Source of the DNA: Candidatus Nanopelagicales bacterium
GTDB lineage: Bacteria > Actinomycetota > Actinomycetes > S36-B12 > CAIYMF01
Length of the DNA: 24,000 nt
Assembly (NCBI GenBank): GCA_036510975.1
Contig: DATCCY010000155.1
Span: 3,035-27,034 of the forward strand
Direction: 5' to 3'
Numbering within the stretch: position 1 is the stretch's first letter; each line of letters opens with the position of its first letter. Below are positions 10,214 to 17,576 of the stretch, one piece after another. Made by a program: the position numbers and the translations under genes. The notes under the pieces are model-generated. The model searched no databases and was not told the origin of the DNA. It saw nothing but the letters and a program-made list of their open reading frames with translations.

Positions 10214-11319
10214 CCCAGCCGCCAGAACATGACCCGATTGTTGCCCGAGTCGGCCACGGCGAGCAGGTCCCCCGCCAGCGAGAGCCCGTAGGGCCAGCAC
10301 AGCGAGTCGTCGAGGACGGCGTCCCAGCGGTTCTCGCCGTTGGCATCGAGGTCGGGCTGGGCCAGGACGTCGGCGGCGGGGCCGGCGATCCCCGCTCGCG
10401 GCGCCTCGTGCCAGCGCAGGATTCGGTTGTTCGACGTGTCGGCGACGACGAGCTCCGACCCGCGGGTGGCGACGGCGTAGGGGAACCGCAGCCGCGAGCC
10501 GCCCTGCGGGCGGTTCTTGAACTCGTCGCGTCCGGTGAAGTCGGCCTGGCCGATCACGACCGTGGGCGGCGTGTCGGCCGTGGGCGGCGGCGCCCACCCC
10601 AGCACGCGGTGGTCGCCCGCGTCGGCGACGTAGAGCACGTCGTCGTCGCCCGCGACGGCGTGGGGCCAGCGGAAGGTCGTGACGCCGTCGCGGTCACCGC
10701 GGTTGTCCTCGCGGGAGAAGGCGTCGTCCTGCCCGAGCACGACGTCGGCGGGACGGTCGGACTCCGGGACCGCCGTGCCGCGCCAACCCAGCACCCGCCT
10801 GTTTCCGGTGTCGCAGGCCCAGAAGTGCGCGGCGACGACGCCGAACCCGAACGGCCAGTAGAACGAGTCGGGCGCGGGGTCGCCACCGCGGTTGGGCTCG
10901 ACGTCGCTCGACGACTTCTGCCCGAGCACGCGGACGGGGGCCGCGAAGTCCGACGTCGGCAGTCCGTCGTGCACCACGATGCGGTGGTGCCACGCGTCGG
11001 CGACGACGAGGTCGCCGTCGATCACCGCGACGCCGGTCGGGAGGTTGAGGCCGCGCACGGTGTCGGTGCCGCCTGCAGCGGGACCCTCGCTGGTCATGTC
11101 GGGCTGGCCGAGCACGACGTCGGCCGGTGCGCCGTCCTCCCCCGGCCACGCGTGCCAGATCAGCACCCGGTGGTTGCCGGTGTCGGCGACGACCACCCGT
11201 TCGCCGTCGGTCCAGACCCCGCGAGGTGCGTACATGAGCCCGGGCTCAGCGGCTGCGGGCGGAAGCGCGAGCGCACCCGGCGAGGCACCACCGAGACGCC
11301 GTACCGGGACGGAGCTCAC
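10210..11319 (-). CDS. Six-bladed NHL-repeat beta-propeller protein (hydrogenase-cluster associated, function unknown)
   Basis: Six internal repeats share the core VAD-x-GN/H-x-R-hydrophobic-x-W: VADTGNHRVLIW, VADAWHHRIVV, ACDTGNRRVLGW, VADAGDHRVLGW, VADTSNNRILRW and VADSGNNRVMFW. GTG at 11319 overlaps the upstream stop (GTGA). Confidence 0.8.
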   Translation of the reverse strand: MSSVPVRRLGGASPGALALPPAAAEPGLMYAPRGVWTDGERVVVADTGNHRVLIWHAWPGEDGAPADVVLGQPDMTSEGPAAGGTDTVRGLNLPTGVAVIDGDLVVADAWHHRIVVHDGLPTSDFAAPVRVLGQKSSSDVEPNRGGDPAPDSFYWPFGFGVVAAHFWACDTGNRRVLGWRGTAVPESDRPADVVLGQDDAFSREDNRGDRDGVTTFRWPHAVAGDDDVLYVADAGDHRVLGWAPPPTADTPPTVVIGQADFTGRDEFKNRPQGGSRLRFPYAVATRGSELVVADTSNNRILRWHEAPRAGIAGPAADVLAQPDLDANGENRWDAVLDDSLCWPYGLSLAGDLLAVADSGNNRVMFWRLG

Positions 11320-11864
11320 GGAGGCCCCACGCGCAGGGACTGCAGCGGCACGAAGGCGCCGCTCGAGGCCACCTGCTCCTCCACGGTCATGCCGGACAGG
11401 CGGGTGCCGAGCACCTGGAGGATCTCCTCGCGGACCTGCGCCGACGGCGCGTTGCAGCCCGTGCCGAACGAGACCACCACGCGGCTGCCCTCGACGAGTT
11501 CGACCTCGAGCGCCACCGAGCTCGCCGCGAGGTGCGGGCGCAGCTGGTCGACGACGCGCAGGACATCGAGGGTGCGGTCGACGCGGACGATCTCGTGCGC
11601 GACGAGCAGCGACATCACCTCGGGCCGGTCGACCGCGGCGAAGAGCAGCTCCTCGCCGCGCGGGTCGGACCGCAGCACGGAGACGAGCTCGACGAGCCCG
11701 GCGCGGTTGAACGCCGTGACCGCCTCGATCGTCTCGGTGAGCAGCTCGCGCGCGTGCTCGTCGGTGTGGGCCACCCGGTCGCGCAGCTCGTCCACCCGTG
11801 CGGCCAGCTCGTCGAACGTGGGTGCCGCAGCCCCGGTCGCGACGTCGTGCTCCAGAGCGGTCAT
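11316..11864 (-). CDS. Nfu/NifU C-terminal-like domain protein lacking the CxxC pair (function unknown)
   Basis: ATG at 11864 has a GGAGGA 4 nt upstream. The C-terminal half (VVDQLRPHLAASSVALEVELVEGSRVVVSFGTGCNAPSAQVREEILQVL) follows the Nfu pattern (RP-x-L...GG-x-VELV...V-x-L-x-G-x-C-x-x-C-P-S). Only one Cys is present in the whole 182-aa protein. Confidence 0.6.
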   Translation of the reverse strand: MTALEHDVATGAAAPTFDELAARVDELRDRVAHTDEHARELLTETIEAVTAFNRAGLVELVSVLRSDPRGEELLFAAVDRPEVMSLLVAHEIVRVDRTLDVLRVVDQLRPHLAASSVALEVELVEGSRVVVSFGTGCNAPSAQVREEILQVLGTRLSGMTVEEQVASSGAFVPLQSLRVGPP

Positions 11865-11916
11865 CGGGTCCTCCGGTGTGCGTCGCGCACGTGGACGGCG
11901 TGCAGGTGGACGGCGG

Positions 11917-12276
11917 TCAAGAGAATGCCAATTGGCGCGACACGGCCTGGGTGGCCTGACGGACGAGCAGGTCGGCGAACGCCGCCCGCGAGAGCCGGGC
12001 CAGCACCTCGCCGGCGGGGCCGCCGGGGTCGGCCGGCAGGGTGCGACGCTCGAGCGCGTCGAGGACGAAGCAGGCGCCGGCCGTGGAGTCCAGCAGCTGC
12101 TCGGAGAACCAGTTGTCGACGAACTCGCCCACCCAGACCCCCTCGGACTCCGGGTCGGACTGCAGCCGGGCGAGCGCGGTCTCCGGACCGCCGCAGCGGT
12201 GCACGACGCGCTCGACGAAGTTGCCGGTGGCCTCCTGCAGCAGGAGGTCGAACTGCTGACGCAGGTGCGGCTCCAT
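11917..12276 (-). CDS. Hypothetical 119-aa protein (hydrogenase-cluster associated)
   Basis: Codon usage is GC3-rich. ATG at 12276 shares one nt with the TPR gene stop (TGATG). I recognise no motif. Confidence 0.6.
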   Translation of the reverse strand: MEPHLRQQFDLLLQEATGNFVERVVHRCGGPETALARLQSDPESEGVWVGEFVDNWFSEQLLDSTAGACFVLDALERRTLPADPGGPAGEVLARLSRAAFADLLVRQATQAVSRQLAFS

Positions 12277-13505
12277 CAGCGCGCCGTCCCGGCCTGCCGC
12301 GCGCCTGCCTCGGCGACCTCGGCGAGCAGCTCGTCGACCGTCGCGACGCCCTCGAGGTCGCCACCGGCCGCGAACAGCTCACGGGCGCGGCCGAGACGCT
12401 CCTCGGCGTCCTCGATCGCGCCGAGGTGACCGAGCGCGTTGCCCTGGTTGGTGAGGACCCGTGCGACCCCGAGCGGGTCACGGCGTACGTCGCGGTGCTG
12501 GAGCACCTCCTCGTAGAGCTGCACCGCCTCGTCGAGGTTGTCGGCCTGGTGCACGCTCGGGAGGTACTGCAGCGCGTTCGCGAGGTTGAGCTGGGTGCTC
12601 GCCCATTCGGCGGGGTGCGTCTCGGGCGTGAAGACCCGCAGCGCGGCGCGCAACGACGTGACCGCGACGCCGAGGCGGATCCGGTCGCCGTCGTCGCTCA
12701 TCGGCATCATGAGGTAGGCCAGCGCGAGCTGACGGTTCACGACGGCGAACAGCTCGGGATGGGTGTCCTCGCGGAGCACCTTCACCGCCTCGGTGAGGTC
12801 GGCCACCACAGCGAGCAGCGCGCCGCGGTCGGTGCCCGCGAGCATCTGGCGCGACAGCGCCCGAGCCACCTGGAGCTCGGCGCGAAGCTCGCTGGGCGCG
12901 GTCAGCGGCAGCGAGCGGATGGCGAGGTCGGCCTCGCGCGCGGCCGAGGCCGCATCGTCGAGGTTCTCGCGCATGAGGTCCGCCCGGGTCAGCCGCAGCG
13001 ACGCCGCGAACAGCGGGCTGCCCGCCTCGGTCGCGTGGTCCGCCGCGTCGCCGAGCAGCGCGACGGCGGCGCTGAGGTCTCCCCGCTCGATCGCCGCGGA
13101 GGCGCGGGCGCTGTCGACCAGCGCGGAGACCTCCCCCGTGGTTCCCTCGAGCCCGGGCGGATCGTCGATCACGCCGACGCTGTACGCCGCGGTGCGCACC
13201 AGCGCTCTCAGCTCGCCGTCGGTCTCGGCGTCGAGCGCCTCCCACACGCCGTCGCCGCCCACGAGGACGGCGGCGTTGTAGCGCGCCACCGCGTCACCGC
13301 CGCTGATCGACGCTACGGCGGCGTCGAGATCGCCCGCGAGGGCGTGCCGCACGTGGTCGAGCCCCTCTGGCCACTGCGCCGGCTCGCGACCGGTGACCAG
13401 CGCGTCGGCGACCTCGGCGCAGCCGGGGACGTCGGGGAGCAGCAGCATCCCCGCCGGCCACGGCAGGACGCCGAGCGGCTGCGGGCGCGGGACGGGCAGG
13501 CTCAC
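12276..13505 (-). CDS. TPR-like helical repeat protein (hydrogenase-cluster associated)
   Basis: 409 aa, Ala/Leu-rich, with repeated helix-pair units (for example LNLANALQYLPSVHQADNLDEAVQLYEEVLQH and LTNQGNALGHLGAIEDAEERLGRARELFAAGGD). GTG at 13505 overlaps the upstream stop (GTGA). Confidence 0.7.
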   Translation of the reverse strand: MSLPVPRPQPLGVLPWPAGMLLLPDVPGCAEVADALVTGREPAQWPEGLDHVRHALAGDLDAAVASISGGDAVARYNAAVLVGGDGVWEALDAETDGELRALVRTAAYSVGVIDDPPGLEGTTGEVSALVDSARASAAIERGDLSAAVALLGDAADHATEAGSPLFAASLRLTRADLMRENLDDAASAAREADLAIRSLPLTAPSELRAELQVARALSRQMLAGTDRGALLAVVADLTEAVKVLREDTHPELFAVVNRQLALAYLMMPMSDDGDRIRLGVAVTSLRAALRVFTPETHPAEWASTQLNLANALQYLPSVHQADNLDEAVQLYEEVLQHRDVRRDPLGVARVLTNQGNALGHLGAIEDAEERLGRARELFAAGGDLEGVATVDELLAEVAEAGARQAGTAR

Positions 13506-13804
13506 GTGTCTCCCTGGTCGATCGGTCGGTGGTCGATGCGGTGCGGCGGGGTGAACTCCGACGGGTCGCGGGTGACGAGCCGTGGGATGCAGCGTCGGGC
13601 GTTGCGCTCGATTATGGACGCTGCCTGACGGGCCCGCCGCTCGTCGTGGTGGTCGCCGACCTTGCGACGTACGGCACCCGACTCGAGCACCACGGTGAGG
13701 TAGACGATCCAGCGCCCGCGCTCCTCGACGACCTCGGCGTCGGCGCTCATCGCCTCCTCGACGTAGGGGCGCGCCGGGGGACGCCAGCGGGGAACGTCAG
13801 CCAC
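13502..13804 (-). CDS. Hypothetical small protein (82-100 aa, hydrogenase-cluster associated)
   Basis: The frame is open from GTG 13804, which overlaps the hupD-like stop by 8 nt. An alternative ATG at 13750 is preceded by GAGGAGG with only 2 nt spacing. Codon usage is GC3-rich. I recognise no motif and the start is ambiguous. Confidence 0.5.
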   Translation of the reverse strand: MADVPRWRPPARPYVEEAMSADAEVVEERGRWIVYLTVVLESGAVRRKVGDHHDERRARQAASIIERNARRCIPRLVTRDPSEFTPPHRIDHRPIDQGDT

Positions 13805-14300
13805 GGGTCGGCGCCTCGGGCTCGAGGGTCGAGCTGACCTCCGCGACGATCGCGTCGGCCACCCGCGCGACAGCGGACTCGACCGGGGCGCTGAGCGGCG
13901 CCCCGACCTCGAACGACCCGCCCTCGACGAGCCACACCGTGACGTCGTCGGGGTAGTCGTCCTTCAGCAGCCACTGCGCGAAGCCCAGCGCCTGGTCCCA
14001 GCGGAACCGGTGCAGGTTGCCCTCCGGCGGGGTGAGGTCCATGAGCTGCTCGCCCGGCACGCGGTGGACGGTCCCGGGCTCGACGCCGATCGACGAGGCG
14101 TCCACGAGGATCACGCGCGGCACGCCGCGCATGGCGAAAGCCACGTCCATGCCCGCGGTGCCGCCGTCGACGAGACGCACGCCGGCGGGCAGGTCGCGAT
14201 CGGCCAGCAGCCGCACCAGCACCGGGCCGACCGCGTCGTCACCGCACAGCAGGTTGCCGCACCCGACGACGAGGGTCTCGGTGGCCGGCGGGGCGAGCAT
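13797..14300 (-). CDS. hupD: [NiFe]-hydrogenase large-subunit C-terminal maturation endopeptidase (HupD/HybD family)
   Basis: 167 aa with LVVGCGNLLCGDDAVGP, VRLVDGGTAGMD and ILVDAS...PGTVHR (Asp/Asp/His metal-ligand pattern). GAGGAGGA lies upstream of ATG 14300. The gene sits 21 nt downstream of the large subunit. Confidence 0.85.
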   Translation of the reverse strand: MLAPPATETLVVGCGNLLCGDDAVGPVLVRLLADRDLPAGVRLVDGGTAGMDVAFAMRGVPRVILVDASSIGVEPGTVHRVPGEQLMDLTPPEGNLHRFRWDQALGFAQWLLKDDYPDDVTVWLVEGGSFEVGAPLSAPVESAVARVADAIVAEVSSTLEPEAPTRG

Positions 14301-14321
14301 CGTCCTCCTCTCGCCGACTCG

Positions 14322-15926
14322 TCAGCCCCCGCCCATCCTGAACTGCGCGAGCTCCCGGCCGGTCTTGCCGTCGTAGGCGTGCACGGTGCAGACCAGACAG
14401 GAGTCGTAGGAGTGCGCGACCTGGGCGAGCTCGACCGGGAAGTCGGGGTTCTCGACCGGTGCGCCGATGAACGCCTGCTCCATGGGGCCGTGGTTGTCCG
14501 ACCCGTCGCGCGGGCCGATGTTCCACGCGGTCGGCGTGATCACCTGGTAGTTGGCGATCTTGCCGCCCTCGATGACGATCCAGTCCGACAGTGCACCACG
14601 CGCGGCCTCGGTCGACCCGAATCCCTTGCCCGAGCGCGGCTCGGCCGGCTTGGTGTAGAAGTCCTCGTGCAGGTCGATCTCGGAGAGCCACTTCTTCGCG
14701 TAGGTGAAGTACTTGGCCTCCTCGTGCATGCGCGCGAGCACTCGCGTCATCACGTTGACGCCCGCCTTGGCGATCATGTCGGCCACGAACGGGTCATAGT
14801 CCTGGTGCGCCTCGGCACCGGGGCGGTTGGCCATCACCTGGCGTGCGAGCGGCCCGACCTCGAGCGGGACGTAGCCCTTGCCGGGGACGTCGTAGCGAGG
14901 GGACTTCGCCCAGGTGTACTTCCCCTGCTTGCGCCCCTCCTCCGGGTCGATCGGGTCGGTCACGCCCTCCCACGGGTGCAGCGAGCCCGTGCCGCGGAAG
15001 AACGAGTGCGTGATGTCCTCCGTGACGCGCATGTGGTCGAAGTCGAAGTACTCGCCGTCGGCGTAGATGCCCGAGCGGGACATCAGCGCCGCGTTGCGTC
15101 CCTCGACCGTGGGGTTCGTGTAGAGCTCGGGGCTGAGGAAGGTGCCGGTCGCGAGGAAGTTGCCGTAGCCGGCGCCGTACTTGTCCAGGCCGATCTCCTG
15201 CGCCCAGCGGGTGAAGAACGCGAGGTCGCTGTTGTGCTGCGACTCGTTCTCGTCGCACCAGGCGAGGAAGTCCTCCCAGGTCTTGACCTGCAGGTAGCGC
15301 TCGACCGAGCACCCGAGCCAGTCGGCCTCGAGCCACTCGCGTGCCCAGTGGTCGAGGATGGCGTGCGAGCGGGTGATGTCGGACAGGGTCGGGGCGCACA
15401 TCACGCCGCCGGGGATCATGAACGACGAGTGCGGCCACTGCCCGCCGAAGATCGCATAGACCTCCACCGGCAGCTGCGAGAGCGTGACGCCCTTCTGGTA
15501 GCTGGTGCCGACGTACGGCGCGAAGCGGCGCGCCGCCTCCTCGTAGCCCGGTGCGCCGGCGTACTGCGCCGCGGTGAGGTCCGGGCCCATGATCGCGTAG
15601 AAGTAGCGCGGGACGCTCTGGAGCGTCTCGGTGATCTGCCCGAGGTTGCGCACCCGCGTCGCGTTCGGCGGCACGTAGGTGCCCCAAGCGGTGTCGAGCG
15701 CGTAGCACGCCTTGTAGAGGTGGCTGCCCCCGCAGATGCCGCAGATGCGCGGCGTCATGATGAGGCCTGCCTGGGGGTCCTTGCCCCGCAGGATGATCTC
15801 GAAGCCGCGGAACATCGCCGCTTCGGTCCAGGCGTCGGTGACGACGCCGTCGGTGATAGTCACGCGCACGTCGAGGTCGCCTTCGACCTGCCCGAGCGGG
15901 CTGACGTTGAGGTCCATCGTGGTCAT
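14322..15926 (-). CDS. hucL: [NiFe]-hydrogenase large subunit, cytosolic uptake type (Huc / group 2a-like)
   Basis: 534 aa. The N-terminal Ni-Fe motif is PRICGICGGSH and the C-terminal motif is DSCLVCTVH, followed by an 18-aa extension (AYDGKTGRELAQFRMGGG) that the protease would remove. It also has FRGFEIILRGKDP, GGQWPHSS, EAARGALSDW and PTAWNIGPRD. The group assignment is an inference from size, partner genes and the small-subunit ligand pattern. Confidence 0.92.
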   Translation of the reverse strand: MTTMDLNVSPLGQVEGDLDVRVTITDGVVTDAWTEAAMFRGFEIILRGKDPQAGLIMTPRICGICGGSHLYKACYALDTAWGTYVPPNATRVRNLGQITETLQSVPRYFYAIMGPDLTAAQYAGAPGYEEAARRFAPYVGTSYQKGVTLSQLPVEVYAIFGGQWPHSSFMIPGGVMCAPTLSDITRSHAILDHWAREWLEADWLGCSVERYLQVKTWEDFLAWCDENESQHNSDLAFFTRWAQEIGLDKYGAGYGNFLATGTFLSPELYTNPTVEGRNAALMSRSGIYADGEYFDFDHMRVTEDITHSFFRGTGSLHPWEGVTDPIDPEEGRKQGKYTWAKSPRYDVPGKGYVPLEVGPLARQVMANRPGAEAHQDYDPFVADMIAKAGVNVMTRVLARMHEEAKYFTYAKKWLSEIDLHEDFYTKPAEPRSGKGFGSTEAARGALSDWIVIEGGKIANYQVITPTAWNIGPRDGSDNHGPMEQAFIGAPVENPDFPVELAQVAHSYDSCLVCTVHAYDGKTGRELAQFRMGGG

Positions 15927-15961
15927 GTGGGCTCTTCTCCTGGGAAGTCAGCTCGGGCGGG

Positions 15962-16936
15962 TCAGACGACGAACATGTCCTTCTTGGACCAGTCGGGCGC
16001 GACGGCCCGGGACAGGCTGGCGAGGGCGATGTAGGACGCCGGGTCCATGCCCGTCGGCTCCTCGGCGGGGATGACGCCCGCGACCTTCTTCGTCTTGAAG
16101 ACCGTGCCCACGGCGAGGTCGCCGTGCGGGTAGCCGGGCTCGGTGCAGCCGGTGCACGGCATGCCGGCGCGGGTCTTCGACGACTGCCGGTTCCACAGGA
16201 TGCGGTTGCACGACGAGTGCGTCATCGGGCCGCGGCAGCCGTACTCGTAGAACAGGCATCCGGTGCGGGTGCCCTGCCCGAACGAGGGCGGGTCCTGCTT
16301 GTAGGCGAAGAACTGGACGCGGGTGCAGCCGGTCTGGGTGAAGGAGGTGAAGAACGTGCTCGGGCGCTGCAGCTCGTCGAGCGCGAGGTCGCCGACGCGG
16401 CCGGCCGCGAGCGCCACGAGGATCTGGCTGATCCAGTCGGGGTGGGCCGGACAGCCGGGGATGTTGATGACGGGGAGGCCGAGCTTGGACACGAAGTCCG
16501 GGCCGAGGAACCCGCCACGCACGCCGCCGCGGTCGAACTGCAGACCGTGCGAGTCGCTCGGGTTGGGCGGCACGGCGGGCAGGCCGCCCCACGTCGCGCA
16601 GTCACCGATCGCGACGACGATGTTCGCACGCGGTGCGATGTCGAGCACCCAGTCCTTCATCGGCCGGCCGGCGAACATGTCGAATCGACCAGTTCCCTCC
16701 GGCCCGAGGATGACCGACCCCTCGTAGACGAAGATGTCGATCTCCTTCTCGCCCTTGGCATACGCCCAGAACAGGTCCTGGGCCGTCTTGCCGATCTCCA
16801 TCGAGAGCGTCGGGTGGTAGGCGATCTCCAGCCCGTAGTCGACGATGAGGTCGACGACGGACGGTTCGGACGCGTTGATGAACGACATGGTGTTGCCGCT
16901 GCAGGCGCCGCCCTGGAACCACAGCACGGACGTCAC
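15962..16936 (-). CDS. hucS: [NiFe]-hydrogenase small subunit without Tat signal (Huc / group 2a-like)
   Basis: GTG at 16936 has a GAGGAGG 4 nt upstream and gives VTSVLWFQGGACSGN. Cluster motifs are GDCATWGG, PGCPAHP, TGC...TGCLFYEYGC and SSC-x17-CTGC. There is no C-terminal TM anchor. The 41 Arg-rich codons upstream in the track ORF are rejected. Confidence 0.9.
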   Translation of the reverse strand: MTSVLWFQGGACSGNTMSFINASEPSVVDLIVDYGLEIAYHPTLSMEIGKTAQDLFWAYAKGEKEIDIFVYEGSVILGPEGTGRFDMFAGRPMKDWVLDIAPRANIVVAIGDCATWGGLPAVPPNPSDSHGLQFDRGGVRGGFLGPDFVSKLGLPVINIPGCPAHPDWISQILVALAAGRVGDLALDELQRPSTFFTSFTQTGCTRVQFFAYKQDPPSFGQGTRTGCLFYEYGCRGPMTHSSCNRILWNRQSSKTRAGMPCTGCTEPGYPHGDLAVGTVFKTKKVAGVIPAEEPTGMDPASYIALASLSRAVAPDWSKKDMFVV

Positions 16937-16991
16937 GGTGCCTCCTCGATGGAGCGTGCGGCCGGGGGGTCCCCCGGTCGCTGGTTGTGGA

Positions 16992-17576
16992 TCAGGACGT
17001 CGCCTTCGACGACGGGATGCGTGCGGGGGCCCCGCCCGACTGAGCGGACTGGCTCGCACCGAAGTGCTTGGCGAACTCGATGACGAACGCCAGCGTCTCC
17101 TGGACCTGCGGATCCTTGAGCGCCCGGAGCAGCGCGAAGACGCCGCCGACCTCGACCGCCTTGCCGCGGGTGACCTGGTCGGCCTCCATGGCGGCCTCGC
17201 CGAGCCGTCCGACGATCTCGACGATCTCGGGCTGCAGGATCTGGGAGTCCAGGAAGCTGGTGATGACCTCGCTGCGCGCCGCCAGCGGCTGCGCGAGCGG
17301 GGCGATGTCGGCGAGAGCGCCGACCGCCGAGGTCAGGCGTGCGCTGCCGGACTGCTCCGAGAGCGGGCCCCGGGCCTGCTGCACGAGACCGTTGACGTTG
17401 TCGATGATCTCGGGCCCGCGCGCCAGGAGCTGGTTGCCCATCGTGGTGAACGCGGCCAGCGTCGGTGCGTTCGCGACGAGGACCGACAGGGCGCTGCGGA
17501 TCTCCGGGTCGCGCAGGAGCAGCGCGAGCTCGTCGGTCTCCGCACCGACGGCGGGGAGATCGGATGCCAGGGACAC
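16992..17576 (-). CDS. DUF1641-type protein, candidate HucM-like third hydrogenase subunit
   Basis: GTG at 17576 is preceded by GGAGGTG. The protein is 194 aa, helical and Ala/Leu-rich. The C-terminal GGVFALLRALKDPQVQETLAFVIEFAKHFG looks like the DUF1641 signature. It lies immediately upstream (55 nt) of the small subunit. As I recall, that position and size match hucM in M. smegmatis. Confidence 0.65.
   Translation of the reverse strand: MSLASDLPAVGAETDELALLLRDPEIRSALSVLVANAPTLAAFTTMGNQLLARGPEIIDNVNGLVQQARGPLSEQSGSARLTSAVGALADIAPLAQPLAARSEVITSFLDSQILQPEIVEIVGRLGEAAMEADQVTRGKAVEVGGVFALLRALKDPQVQETLAFVIEFAKHFGASQSAQSGGAPARIPSSKATS

Noticed and set aside
7934-10291. Long + strand ORFs antisense to the hydrogenase/hyp genes: 7934..10291, 10408..12429, 11532..13628, 14010..16034, 18506..20374, 20498..22384, 5291..6565 and 6321..7652. 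The - strand ORF 188..2248, opposite kdpD, is the same kind of artefact.
   Set aside because: Their translations are Arg/Gly/Asp/Pro/Val-rich low-complexity sequence with no motifs. They mirror well-supported genes on the other strand. Stop-codon scarcity in very GC-rich DNA produces such shadow ORFs routinely.
7814-10597. A 927-aa version of HypF with 128 extra N-terminal codons.
   Set aside because: The extension lies inside the NHL-repeat gene and is Arg/Pro/Ala-rich. The acylphosphatase domain begins right after GTG 10213, which forms a GTGA overlap with the NHL stop.
15962-17059. An Arg-rich N-terminal extension of the small subunit (SRRRRRRPDP) that could be mistaken for a Tat signal.
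   Set aside because: There is no hydrophobic h-region or AxA cleavage site. The extension overlaps the 3' end of the HucM-like gene. GAGGAGG sits at ideal spacing before the internal GTG at 16936, which starts exactly at the conserved WFQGG core.
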